Shown: positions 1 to 8,823 of the stretch, one piece after another
Position numbering within the stretch: position 1 is the stretch's first letter
Layout: each line of letters opens with the position of its first letter
Assembly: GCA_046758445.1 (NCBI GenBank)
Contig: JBHIAE010000016.1
Span: forward strand, 1-58,989
Reading direction: 5' to 3'
Length of the DNA: 58,989 nucleotides
Origin: Candidatus Thorarchaeota archaeon
Lineage (GTDB): Archaea; Asgardarchaeota; Thorarchaeia; Thorarchaeales; Thorarchaeaceae
The notes under the pieces: model-generated
Database searches by the model: none
Told to the model about the DNA's origin: nothing
What the model saw: only the letters and a program-made list of their open reading frames with translations
Made by a program: the position numbers and the translations under genes

Positions 1-90
1 CCCAGTGAAAGCTGCTAAGATAATATCGAGAGCGGTTGGTTCTCCAAAGACAAGCTCCACCATTGCAGGAATTGTAGGTAAGGTTGCCAC
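1..90 (-). CDS. Partial CDS running off the window edge, hydrophobic N-terminus
   Basis: Open minus frame from GTG at 90 (or ATG at 63): MATLPTIPAMVELVFGEPTALDIILAAFTG. Divergent from the AbrB gene. Confidence 0.35.
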   Translation of the reverse strand, partial: MATLPTIPAMVELVFGEPTALDIILAAFTG

Positions 91-207
91 ATTTCATTGT
101 TCCTAGTCCTTCTTGCATGCTTATGCAAGGGCTATTCCTAGTAGTGCATTGCATCGATTGTTTTCATTCTACCCAATTGTAGTTTCCATTTCAAGACTCC
201 GAAGTGA

Positions 208-257
208 GGGGTGGCGCCACCCCCGAGATATATTTAAGAAAGCTCCCAAAATGGGAG
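208..257 (+). promoter_or_regulatory. Promoter of the AbrB-like gene with flanking palindromes
   Basis: Perfect 16-bp palindrome GGGGTGGCGCCACCCC (208-223), TATA-like ATATTTAAG (~230-238), and palindrome CTCCCA-AAA-TGGGAG (243-257). Confidence 0.6.
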
Positions 258-287
258 AAAGACCTGACTCTTGGAGTTGGCCTGCCT

Positions 288-899
288 TTGCGTGAGATAT
301 TGAAACTTGATGACCGAGGAAGAATGCTGATACCGAAGCCGGTCAGGGAGTTTCTGGATCTCGAGAAGAAGCTCGAAGAGTTGGAAAAGAGTACAGACAC
401 GATTACAATCGCAGCCGTCCTAAATGCAGGGGCCAGACTCCTACGAATCACGTCTCTCGTGGCTGATAACGATTCACTTACACTTCTTGTCCATTCAAAC
501 CAATACTCTGAATCCCACAAACAAGACATCCGGGACATCAGTGAAGCTCTGTGGGGCAAAAAGGCCGACTTTAGGGCAGGTGCACTCAAGAAAGGGGACA
601 AGTTGATAGCTCTTGAGATCAACAAATCCGGGCGAATCCACGTTCCTAAAGCCATACGTCAAGAGCTGCATCTGGACTTCGACTCATACCTAATGTCCAT
701 AGGGCTGGAGCCTAGTGACGAGGACAGACAGATACAACTCATCCCTTTGATGAGTCCGACGAAGACGCTTCTGATTCGAATTCTCATGAAATCTGGTGCA
801 ACTGAATGGAGAACAATCACTCCAAGGCCCAAGGATGAGAGAAACCTCAAGCGAGAGATATCAAAGGAGAAAGATGTGAAGAAGGTCGAGTTCTTCTAG
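288..899 (+). CDS. Double AbrB/SpoVT (MraZ-like) swapped-hairpin DNA-binding protein
   Basis: Two AbrB-type motifs: KLDDRGRMLIPKPVRE and EINKSGRIHVPKAIRQEL. TTG start at 288 follows GGAG; the ORF-track start at 204 lies upstream of the TATA box. Confidence 0.7.
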   Translation: MREILKLDDRGRMLIPKPVREFLDLEKKLEELEKSTDTITIAAVLNAGARLLRITSLVADNDSLTLLVHSNQYSESHKQDIRDISEALWGKKADFRAGALKKGDKLIALEINKSGRIHVPKAIRQELHLDFDSYLMSIGLEPSDEDRQIQLIPLMSPTKTLLIRILMKSGATEWRTITPRPKDERNLKREISKEKDVKKVEFF

Positions 900-936
900 A
901 TCACTCGCACTTTGACCCAATTCCTGACCAAGGAGT

Positions 937-1743
937 CTAGTCCTTCATCGGCAACGTGAAACCAAAGTACAAGAGAATTGATCCAAGAATCCAGAAGGTC
1001 CACGAGAACCACAGGATTTGGGGCAGATTCATTGTGAGGCCATAATAGATGGCGACGAAGGCTATCTGCAACACAAAGCCTGCTGCCAAGGCAACACCTG
1101 AGAATCCAATCATATGCATGCTTCTCTTTGGTTCAGTCTCCAGCACTCTACGTGAGGCTGTGAAACCTGCCCCGGCAAGTAATGTCGTCGCAAAGACTCC
1201 TGCGACACTAAGAATTGCCGCGCTAACTATCGAGAACAGAATCACTTCTTCCATGATTACCGTCAAGGTTGTTAGTAGCTCCAACGCAACGACAAACAGC
1301 GCACCGACTGCGAGATACATCCTGTTCTTCTTGACGTCCATTCCTCCGTAGAATAAGTCGAGCGTGAACCACATGATGAAGAAGATGCCCGAATAGAGGA
1401 AGAAGCTAGGAAGGCTTCTCCAGAAGAAGTCTAGATTCGAATCCACGAAGTGAAACACTGTCATGAGGGCCCAGGAGGCGGACGCGACAGCAACCGAAGC
1501 TAGGTATAGTAAGAATCTCAGCATCATGCGCAGTCTCTTGGACCTATACCGTGGGATGATTCTCGAAATCAACAATAGATCGGTAACCATGAGCGACAAT
1601 GCGAAGCCAACTGGTATCAGGTCGACGCCTGGTCTAATTCCCATTGAGAAGTCCTGCACGCCCTTGAGAATCACCGTCAGAATCCCTGATATGATAGGTA
1701 TCAGCAAGGAAACAGCGGCGGCAATTCGAGTCCAAGAAGGCAT
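937..1743 (-). CDS. Multi-pass membrane protein, unknown function
   Basis: 268 aa with about 8 hydrophobic segments. Confidence 0.75.
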   Translation of the reverse strand: MPSWTRIAAAVSLLIPIISGILTVILKGVQDFSMGIRPGVDLIPVGFALSLMVTDLLLISRIIPRYRSKRLRMMLRFLLYLASVAVASASWALMTVFHFVDSNLDFFWRSLPSFFLYSGIFFIMWFTLDLFYGGMDVKKNRMYLAVGALFVVALELLTTLTVIMEEVILFSIVSAAILSVAGVFATTLLAGAGFTASRRVLETEPKRSMHMIGFSGVALAAGFVLQIAFVAIYYGLTMNLPQILWFSWTFWILGSILLYFGFTLPMKD

Positions 1744-1947
1744 ATCCGTGTAGATTGTTTCTGCGTGTAAAAAGAGTTCTGCCTGTTCAATAGCGAAGAT
1801 GGTCCATTATGCTCTGCTCGCATCGTAAATGGTGAGATGAGTGGAAGATGCCAGAGTCTGACGACCTTATTAGATCATCTCCTAACGTTTTCTGAGAACT
1901 TTGGTTGCTTAGGAAGATTTATATTTAGATACAGAATTGCAGAAACG

Positions 1948-1978
1948 TCCCAGAATGGGATATTCCCAAAATGGGAAT
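1948..1978. promoter_or_regulatory. Tandem palindromic operator-like sites
   Basis: TCCCAGAATGGGA (1948-1960) and ATTCCCAAAATGGGAAT (1962-1978); same motif as 243-257. Confidence 0.6.
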
Positions 1979-2131
1979 CACGCCTATTCTGCGATTATTG
2001 ACAGCAACGAACGAACCGTTTGGTGCGCAAGTCTTGCCACGAAGCGAACGGTAATGTAAACAAGGGACCGATGGTAATGGGCTCCGCCCTGCCCGGGGCT
2101 CATTACCTTCACACTGTTTCTTCTGACCGAA

Positions 2132-3109
2132 CTACAAGGGCAACCAAGTCCCGATTCCTCTCTCGATTGCCTGCCTGAGGACAAGAGGGGCAACTGCCAT
2201 GTCATCTATGGCAAGACCCAGATTCACCGTCATTGTTCTTTCCTCTGAGGTTTCTCGTCTAGGTTTCTTTCCTGTTGCTAACTCACCAAGATCTGCATGA
2301 ACCTCTGGGATGTCCTGGAAATAGCCTACTTCCTGATAATGCCGAAGCTGTGGCGTATCGTCAGTGCAGAACTTGTCGGCCTCCCTCATAGCATCTGGGT
2401 GCCAGTAAGAGTCAAAGTCAACAAGAGATGCAAACGCCCCACTATCGAACCAACCTGCTTGGATGGTAGCGTGTGGCACCTTCAGAATCGGACCAGCAGT
2501 AACCACTATGTCGCAATTCGTCACTGCCTGGTTAGGACTGTCTACAATTGCCACATCCAATCCGAGGCTTTCTTCAATCTCGTCCGCATAGTCACGGGCC
2601 CCGGCAGCGTCAATATCGTAGGCCATGACCTTCTCTAGCTCAAAGAGTTCGTTCAACGCCTGAACGTTACTGCGACCCTGCACCCCGCAACCCAGCATGC
2701 CTACAATGCGTGAGTCACTACGGGCCAGAAACTTCGCCGCCAGAGCCGTTGCAGCACCCGTTCTCATAGCAGTAATCCAGACACAGTCCATCACCGAGAT
2801 TGGCAGTCCAGTTTCTACGTCGTTTAGAATCAAGAGACCTGTGATGTATGGAAGTCCTCTTCGGCTGTTCTCCGGGAAGCCACTCACCCATTTCACCCCT
2901 GCCGACCGAAGAGCCGGGATGCTTGCGGGCATTGCATGAATGAAATTGTCGCCTCCACCAGGATGAATACCGGGTTTAGGAGGCATCTCTATCCGACCCT
3001 CCCCTTTCTCCTTGAAGGCCACTTCAAGCTCTTTGATTATTCGGGCCATCGTGAGTCCGCTGGCTTCAACGTCTGCCTGTGACAAGTACAGCAGCTTCTT
3101 TTCTGTCAT
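2132..3109 (-). CDS. Ornithine cyclodeaminase / mu-crystallin family (archaeal alanine dehydrogenase-like)
   Basis: Motifs AGVKWVSGFPEN, ITAMRTGAA, GCGVQG, GLAIDDMA. Likely start MTEKKLLYLS at 3109. Confidence 0.9.
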   Translation of the reverse strand: MTEKKLLYLSQADVEASGLTMARIIKELEVAFKEKGEGRIEMPPKPGIHPGGGDNFIHAMPASIPALRSAGVKWVSGFPENSRRGLPYITGLLILNDVETGLPISVMDCVWITAMRTGAATALAAKFLARSDSRIVGMLGCGVQGRSNVQALNELFELEKVMAYDIDAAGARDYADEIEESLGLDVAIVDSPNQAVTNCDIVVTAGPILKVPHATIQAGWFDSGAFASLVDFDSYWHPDAMREADKFCTDDTPQLRHYQEVGYFQDIPEVHADLGELATGKKPRRETSEERTMTVNLGLAIDDMAVAPLVLRQAIERGIGTWLPL

Positions 3110-3132
3110 TTTCCAACACACCCATTGAACCT

Positions 3133-3972
3133 CTATTCTTGACAGCTGGGGCAGAGATACACGTGGCCTCCTCCGTGAGCAATCCTTTGAATTGCGCCAT
3201 CGCATCTGGGGCACGAGAGGCCTTTCATGTTCGGTCCCATTGCTGGTAAATACGAGCCCTGAGTCCCATAGAGATCTACAAACTGATTCTTGCCACCCAA
3301 CCTGAGTCTGTCTCTTACGACGGTCTTAATGGCGTCAAAAAGCTCTTTCACTTCTTTCACTGTCAGGTCTGAGGATTTTCTCTTAGGATGTAGCCTAGCC
3401 CTAAAGATGATGTCTTGAAATGAACTGTTCGAAAGGCCTACAAGGATCGCATCTCTTCCCACGAGCATGGTTTTGACGTTCTTTGTTGATTGAGTCACCA
3501 ACTTGTTGAAACGTTCAAAGGTGAAAGTCTTCTCGTCTGGAGCCATGGTTTCTGAGAAATCCCTGGAATACACATACGACTTCTCAAGTTGTGAGTCTTC
3601 GCATGCATAGATGTGTCCCCAGCCTTTGAGTCTGACTGTCAATGCCGACTTATCTACCAAAGTCAAAGTCAGGTGTGTCTTCTTGGGCAATTGGCTTATG
3701 TCTTCATGGTAGAGCAGCGTTCCGCCATATTCTGGTGCAAGAAGCAGGTTCATCCCACTTTCAAGCTTGATGCGGATGATGTTGCCTCTTGACTGCACAG
3801 ACTCTATGCTTCCTCCCACGAAACCATCAAAGGAGTCCAGATTGCGACCTACCATACCCGACTTCTGAAGCTTCTCCGTGTCCGTCAAGTTCCAAGATTC
3901 AATCTTCTTTCCTACCAGTTCCCTTGACATCTGTAGGGCGAGGATCCTTGCTTCGGGCATTTCATTGCTCAT
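3133..3972 (-). CDS. Fpg/Nei-family DNA glycosylase-like protein
   Basis: N-terminal EMPEAR, SRGN motif, H2TH motif VGLSNSSFQDIIFRARLHP, C-terminal zinc finger CPRC...YLCPSCQ. Confidence 0.85.
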   Translation of the reverse strand: MSNEMPEARILALQMSRELVGKKIESWNLTDTEKLQKSGMVGRNLDSFDGFVGGSIESVQSRGNIIRIKLESGMNLLLAPEYGGTLLYHEDISQLPKKTHLTLTLVDKSALTVRLKGWGHIYACEDSQLEKSYVYSRDFSETMAPDEKTFTFERFNKLVTQSTKNVKTMLVGRDAILVGLSNSSFQDIIFRARLHPKRKSSDLTVKEVKELFDAIKTVVRDRLRLGGKNQFVDLYGTQGSYLPAMGPNMKGLSCPRCDGAIQRIAHGGGHVYLCPSCQE

Positions 3973-3988
3973 CGCATTTCTCCTCATA

Positions 3989-5062
3989 TCAAGCGGCCAG
4001 TGTTCGCATGTCTGCTTTAGCAAAGCGAGAGTACGCCCTCTTTCCATATCTGCTGTCTAGTGTCTTGGCAGATTCTTGAAGAGTCTTCAGCGACTGGAAA
4101 CCTCCAAGAGCCTCATCAAAGGATGCTCTGAGAAGCCAGGCCGATTCCTCAGTCCCAAGTATTCTATCCCTTAGCCAGTTCAATGGCGAGTAAAGTTCCT
4201 TGGTCTGAGGCACAATCTCACACTTGATGCCAGCTTCTCCCATGATGTTGAAGAGTCGCATCCACGAATCTTCTGTATTTGGCATCCCCTTGGTACCCTT
4301 CTTGTGAGTTTGAATCTCAATGGACCCTAAGTTCATCGATGCACCGGTTTCGTCCAGCTCTCCATAGAGGCCAAGAATCCATAGAAGGCGAAATATGATT
4401 GCTCTGCGGGTCTTCAGAACATCCTGTGTGGCTATTGTGTCAGTATCCTTGAGCCCAAGGTCGGACCGGGCCAAGTCCGTAAGAGTTTGATGCAAAATCC
4501 GGTAGGCCTTCATCTCTTTCTTCGATACCGAGAGGTCCTTCGGAAACTCTGTCATCCTAGGAGTCTTGATTTCGACAGTCTTCACTGAAACAAGGTCATC
4601 CGCAGATAGGCTGGCACGTATCTTGTCAAGCTGCTTCATTCCCTGGAAAATCTTCACATAGGCTTCATACTTGTCGTTGGAAAGAGTTTCTCCAATTCGT
4701 TTCTCAACGGACTCTGTCGTGTAGCTTGCGTTCATGATCTCGATCTTGTCGCAGGGATACCTCGAGCAGTATGCACAATTCTCAACGCCACAGTGGAATG
4801 CACACTTACGAGCGGAGCAACCTCTCAGGAAATTGTGAACACCCACATTCTTTGCCAGCTTGTCATCCGGAGTCTGACAACCATGGCATGGATTCTTTGC
4901 AGGTACATAGCCCACATACTTCCTGACTTCTTTCACGTACGAGTCCCATGCGCTTGGTTCTGACCTCTCTCTGACATATCGTGACCAAGGACAGTGACTG
5001 CAGACATTGCCGCACTTACCAAATACCAAATCCAAGACTTCGCCTCCGCTGTCTAGGTTCAT
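3989..5062 (-). CDS. Cys-rich DUF3795-like domain protein
   Basis: N-terminal CGNVCSHC...CHGC...CSARKC...VENCAYCSRYPC pattern. Confidence 0.7.
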   Translation of the reverse strand: MNLDSGGEVLDLVFGKCGNVCSHCPWSRYVRERSEPSAWDSYVKEVRKYVGYVPAKNPCHGCQTPDDKLAKNVGVHNFLRGCSARKCAFHCGVENCAYCSRYPCDKIEIMNASYTTESVEKRIGETLSNDKYEAYVKIFQGMKQLDKIRASLSADDLVSVKTVEIKTPRMTEFPKDLSVSKKEMKAYRILHQTLTDLARSDLGLKDTDTIATQDVLKTRRAIIFRLLWILGLYGELDETGASMNLGSIEIQTHKKGTKGMPNTEDSWMRLFNIMGEAGIKCEIVPQTKELYSPLNWLRDRILGTEESAWLLRASFDEALGGFQSLKTLQESAKTLDSRYGKRAYSRFAKADMRTLAA

Positions 5063-5308
5063 TCGACCACAACAACTGTACGCCGGGTAACGTATGAATC
5101 ACCCTATAATACAAGTCTTCCTAGAGTCGGGAAACGAGTCCTTGGTGAAACCTCTGACAATCCTGCATCGATGCTGCAATGTTCCATAAGCCCAACTGCC
5201 AGAAGACGGAAGCCTTGAAAGGGAACTGAGCATGGGCCACAAATGGAAGTGGTTTCTGAGCGACATGTTATCAAGGACATAACAGTGTTATAGCAGTCAG
5301 TGCTCGTC

Positions 5309-5686
5309 ATGCGGCCTCCGGGTGAATCGATAGCAACGATTGTGCTTCCAGCGTTCCGTTCACTCGTGACAAGAGAACTTGTTGAGCGACTCATTCTCTC
5401 ACAAGTTGAAGCGGCCCGCCGACTTGGCATCACGCAAGCTGCAATCAGTCAGTACCTGAATCAGAAGGGAGGTAGTCATCTGGCGGGCGAACTAGAGTCT
5501 GTTCCTGTGACTAGATCAGCTGTTTTGAAGTTAGCAGAGAACATAGCAGCAGCCCCGTCCACGCCTGTCGAAGACATGATGGTCATATGTAACGTCTGCG
5601 AAGTCCTAAGGACGCAGCGCATGGCATGTTCTCTGCATCATGAAGCTATGGACTTGCCTGACGACTGTCGGGTCTGTCTAGATTGA
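5309..5686 (+). CDS. Archaeal XRE-type HTH regulator with Cys/His-rich C-terminus (COG2522-like)
   Basis: MRPPGE...LPAFRSLV; HTH SQVEAARRLGITQAAISQY; C-terminal CNVC...CSLH...CRVC. Confidence 0.8.
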   Translation: MRPPGESIATIVLPAFRSLVTRELVERLILSQVEAARRLGITQAAISQYLNQKGGSHLAGELESVPVTRSAVLKLAENIAAAPSTPVEDMMVICNVCEVLRTQRMACSLHHEAMDLPDDCRVCLD

Positions 5687-5821
5687 GTATATCACTTTTA
5701 ACCAAGAACTAGAGCGGCGGCAGACTTCCCTGGGGAATGAGCACTTCAGGTTCAGGCTGGAAACGGTATATGTCAAGCTGAAGTTCAGGCATAGATTGCA
5801 TGTGATATGCCAACAAACTTA

Positions 5822-5857
5822 GATGTATCTGACTCGATATATCTTGTCAGACACTCT
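5822..5857. promoter_or_regulatory. GATATATC 14-bp-period array upstream of the HMA-YHS gene
   Basis: GATGTATC (5822), GATATATC (5836), degenerate GACACTCT (5850). Confidence 0.6.
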
Positions 5858-5910
5858 TGCAGGAAACCCACATGAGAAGGAAACAAGATGGCAGAGAGGA
5901 GCACAGCATA

Positions 5911-6323
5911 ATGAACCATCACAAGTTACCGAGAGAGAAGAGTGACCGATTCTCTACAAGTATTGATGATTCCTATTGCCCCTCGTGTTTAGCAGCCATA
6001 GCCCCTGGGCTTTTGAAGTATGAAGGCATTACAAAGGTGGCGGTGCTCCATGCAGGAAGGCAGATTGTCGTTGAGTATGACCCTGACAGAATCAGCCACC
6101 AAGAACTGAAGGAAGCACTGGAATCTGCCATTGCAGAGAACTTTGAGGCTGAAGGGGGCCTAAGTCAGCAATAGATCCCGTATGTCAGATGACGGTGAAG
6201 ACCGACGTGGACGCTCTCTACAGTGACCACAACGGTCAGCGTTACTACTTCTGTGCGTTGTCATGTAAACGTGCTTTCGATGAAGACCCTGCTCTCTTCG
6301 AGGATATCAGTTTCGCCGAATAG
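5911..6323 (+). pseudogene. HMA-YHS(TRASH) metallochaperone fusion split by a -1 frameshift
   Basis: HMA domain (SYCPSC...IVVEYDPDRISHQELKEALE) ends at TAG 6174. The -1 frame, open from 6153 without a start codon, reads PKSAIDPVCQMTV...YYFCALSCKRAFDEDP to TAG 6323. A G5 run sits at 6154-6158. Confidence 0.75.
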
Positions 6324-6348
6324 TCGACCGATTCTCAAAGAGAGGTGA

Positions 6349-6598
6349 AGTGGCGGCGGCAGGGGAGGAGTAAAGGGACCTGCTCCTTTGGCACTGTTGA
6401 GTGGACTTTCCTTGTGCAACGTCTTCAAAGAATTCACCCCGTATGGTTGACGGACTTGGTACAGGGGAATCTACGGAAATAGCACTCGGTGACACGGAGT
6501 TTCTGAAGAGTGTGACTCAGGAACTGAAGACCCGAGGAATGACGTTTCATTTTGAAAGCAATGGTGGGTACGGATTCGTCGTGCTGATTACTAAGTGA
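6349..6598 (+). pseudogene. Possible decayed TusA/SirA-like sulfur carrier
   Basis: GAGGTGA RBS then GTG followed by stops. LSGLSLCNVFKEF in one frame continues as MVDGLGTGESTEIALGD...FVVLITK in another, resembling the TusA layout. Confidence 0.3.
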
Positions 6599-6619
6599 TG
6601 CTGCAAGTGGGGCCTCAAG

Positions 6620-6862
6620 ATGAGTATCATGAAAACAGTGACCTTGAGGATGCTTGCCACACAAGTCACTCTCATGGTTGCCTACATAGTCACTAGGAAA
6701 GTCGTGCTAACAACTAGCGTAGGCATTGGCGACGCAGTATTGAAGACTATTGCCTACTACTCTCATCAGAGATTGTGGAACAAAATAGAACGAGCAAGAA
6801 GCACGGTTGAGTGCAGTGGCCTCAAACTTGAGCAAATCCAGGCAGTTCTAGACAGAAGATAA
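6620..6862 (+). CDS. DUF2061-like small membrane protein (possibly degenerate)
   Basis: SIMKTVTLRMLAT...LKTIAYYSHQRLWNKI matches the KT..WR...YY.HER.W pattern with substitutions. Confidence 0.65.
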   Translation: MSIMKTVTLRMLATQVTLMVAYIVTRKVVLTTSVGIGDAVLKTIAYYSHQRLWNKIERARSTVECSGLKLEQIQAVLDRR

Positions 6863-7123
6863 GAAGCCTCGGACTGAAACTATATCACGATATCGAGCTG
6901 GCACTAATGCGCAATTCACGGAGTTGAGCCCAGTATCGCTTCTTGGGCGGACAGTACTCCGGTGCTCAAGTCTGGCCAACTTGCGATGATCGGTCGAGAA
7001 CAGCTGCTGAGGTTTTGATGCAGTCATACCATGGATTCTCAAGATTGAGAAGGTCTGGATGGAGGCGTCTTATGTATAATCAATTCAAGGATGGTTCATT
7101 CTTGCTGGAATCTATCTAACGCT

Positions 7124-7627
7124 TTACATTCCCTTCATGGCTGTTCCCATATCCCCGCAGAGTGTGCTCCTGTCAGTGGGGCTGAAACGCCCAACAATCA
7201 GTGGGCCATCAAGACCCTTCTTCTCTCTTTCCATTCGGCATTGGAAAGTTATCTCGTCCTCCTTACCGAACTTATAGACCTTTCCGGCGATGTGAAGGTG
7301 TCCTTTCTTTCTTGCAGTGTAGACAGTCGGATGCGGCGAAGCCCACCACCACGTTCCTTTCGGTTTGATGACCCCTTCTCCTAATAGACGTCGGACCTCT
7401 GCCACGTATTCTAGTTCCTCTTGTTGCCAAGGTCTGCCACGCATTACACTGAATCTTATGTCATGTTTTAACTCATCCAGTCTTCCTTCTTTCCGGTATC
7501 TTTCTACAGCATTAGGGTCAGTCACCAAAAACACATCTTCAGAATCGACCGCAGAAACGTCAGCAAAGTACTCCTCAGGCTGATCTTCTTCAATGAATCC
7601 TCTCAGTCTTCTCAACATATCTATCAT
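7124..7627 (-). CDS. Hypothetical protein, paralog of 7624-8292
   Basis: Shares DIRFSVMRG.PW, QC.M.RE..GLDGP..GR, LC..M..AMK with the upstream ORF. 4-nt ATGA overlap; GGAGGT RBS. Confidence 0.8.
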   Translation of the reverse strand: MIDMLRRLRGFIEEDQPEEYFADVSAVDSEDVFLVTDPNAVERYRKEGRLDELKHDIRFSVMRGRPWQQEELEYVAEVRRLLGEGVIKPKGTWWWASPHPTVYTARKKGHLHIAGKVYKFGKEDEITFQCRMEREKKGLDGPLIVGRFSPTDRSTLCGDMGTAMKGM

Positions 7628-8292
7628 ACCTCCATCTTGATGATTCGTCCAGCAGCTTTCATAGCGCCCTCCATTTTCTTACATAACATGGTCATCTTCC
7701 TAGGAGTCAGTCTGCCTATGAAGACAGGCCCATCCAAGCCATGTACTTCGCGACTCATCTGACACTGCCACACAATGTCATCTCCCCTCCTGAATGTATA
7801 CCCGGTGCCGGCTATAGTCATCAGGCCATCTTTCATTGCTCTAAAGATTGTCTGAAATGGACTGGAAAACCAGAAGCTAGTTGTCCTCCGTACTAGTCCG
7901 ACATCGAGCAGACGCCTAATCTCTATCATGTATTCTATGTCTTCTCTGCGCCATGGTTTCCCCCTCATGACACTGAATCGAATGTCTTGCTCTAGTTCTT
8001 CCAGCCTTTTTTCAAACCTGAAGTTGGCCTTCGCAACGATGTCTGTAAAAAGCCAAACATTCTCTGGATCGAAGACTCCTGACTCCAACACATCCTCTTC
8101 CATCACGAAGTCTGCACCATCATGGATAGCAAGCTCGACTCCGCAATTCGGGCAGTTCGTGATATATCTGCTCTTGAGAGGTGCACCGCAGTGGGGGCAG
8201 GAGAACGCTTCTATCTTCAATTCATCATCACCAATCCCGCTATCCTGTTTCATTACGTGAGGATGCCCCCTTGGAAACTGTCCGAGTGCCAA
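7624..8292 (-). CDS. Hypothetical protein with N-terminal zinc ribbon, paralog of 7124-7627
   Basis: CPHCG...CPNCG followed by the shared unknown domain. Start may be ATG at 8253. Confidence 0.8.
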   Translation of the reverse strand: MALGQFPRGHPHVMKQDSGIGDDELKIEAFSCPHCGAPLKSRYITNCPNCGVELAIHDGADFVMEEDVLESGVFDPENVWLFTDIVAKANFRFEKRLEELEQDIRFSVMRGKPWRREDIEYMIEIRRLLDVGLVRRTTSFWFSSPFQTIFRAMKDGLMTIAGTGYTFRRGDDIVWQCQMSREVHGLDGPVFIGRLTPRKMTMLCKKMEGAMKAAGRIIKMEV

Positions 8293-8529
8293 AGCAATTC
8301 TTGCTCAACCTATCTTCCCGATTACTCCACAATTCTGGTACATTATGACAAAGCTCACATGCAGTCGGCGTATGAATCTTGCGAGCGTCTGTGGCACCTA
8401 GAATGTACTTGCCGTTTCGGATTCCCCGTGAAAGAAGAAATCGGACGGAAATTGACACTGAATACTTGTCGCAAGCCTGGTTCATCACTATTGTCCATTC
8501 CGTCCGATTCATACGAGGTCGACTTATCG

Positions 8530-8676
8530 CTAGTGTTTCATGTACTTCATAGGATCTTCGTCAAATCTCTTCTTGCACATCTCTTTACAGAAATAGTACT
8601 TCTTGCCCATATGTTCTGACGTGAACTTCGCAGTATGCTCGTCGACTTCCATTCCGCAAACAGGGTCTTTTACCAT
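8530..8676 (-). CDS. Stand-alone YHS/TRASH metallochaperone (48 aa, not in ORF track)
   Basis: MVKDPVCGMEVDEHTAKFTSEHMGKKYYFCKEMCKKRFDEDPMKYMKH*; GAGGAG RBS. Confidence 0.9.
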   Translation of the reverse strand: MVKDPVCGMEVDEHTAKFTSEHMGKKYYFCKEMCKKRFDEDPMKYMKH

Positions 8677-8738
8677 AGTCTTTTTCTCCTCATTCTCATG
8701 AGAGTTCCATAACTCTCACAATCTTACCGTTGCCGATA

Positions 8739-8782
8739 AGTATATAAATATATCGTCATGGATATATCGTAACTGATAATGG
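8739..8782. promoter_or_regulatory. GATATATC array and TATA box in the divergent YHS/copA promoter
   Basis: AATATATC (8747), GATATATC (8761), GATAATGG (8775). Minus strand reads GATATATC-N6-GATATATTTATA. Confidence 0.75.
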
Positions 8783-8823
8783 GAAGAGTGGCCACTTTGA
8801 CAAGGGCAGCACCTTCTTCCTAG

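Noticed and set aside
8240-8512. ORF with a CELCH (CxxCH) motif
   Set aside because: No signal peptide or other cytochrome features, and it overlaps the next gene's start; probably spurious.
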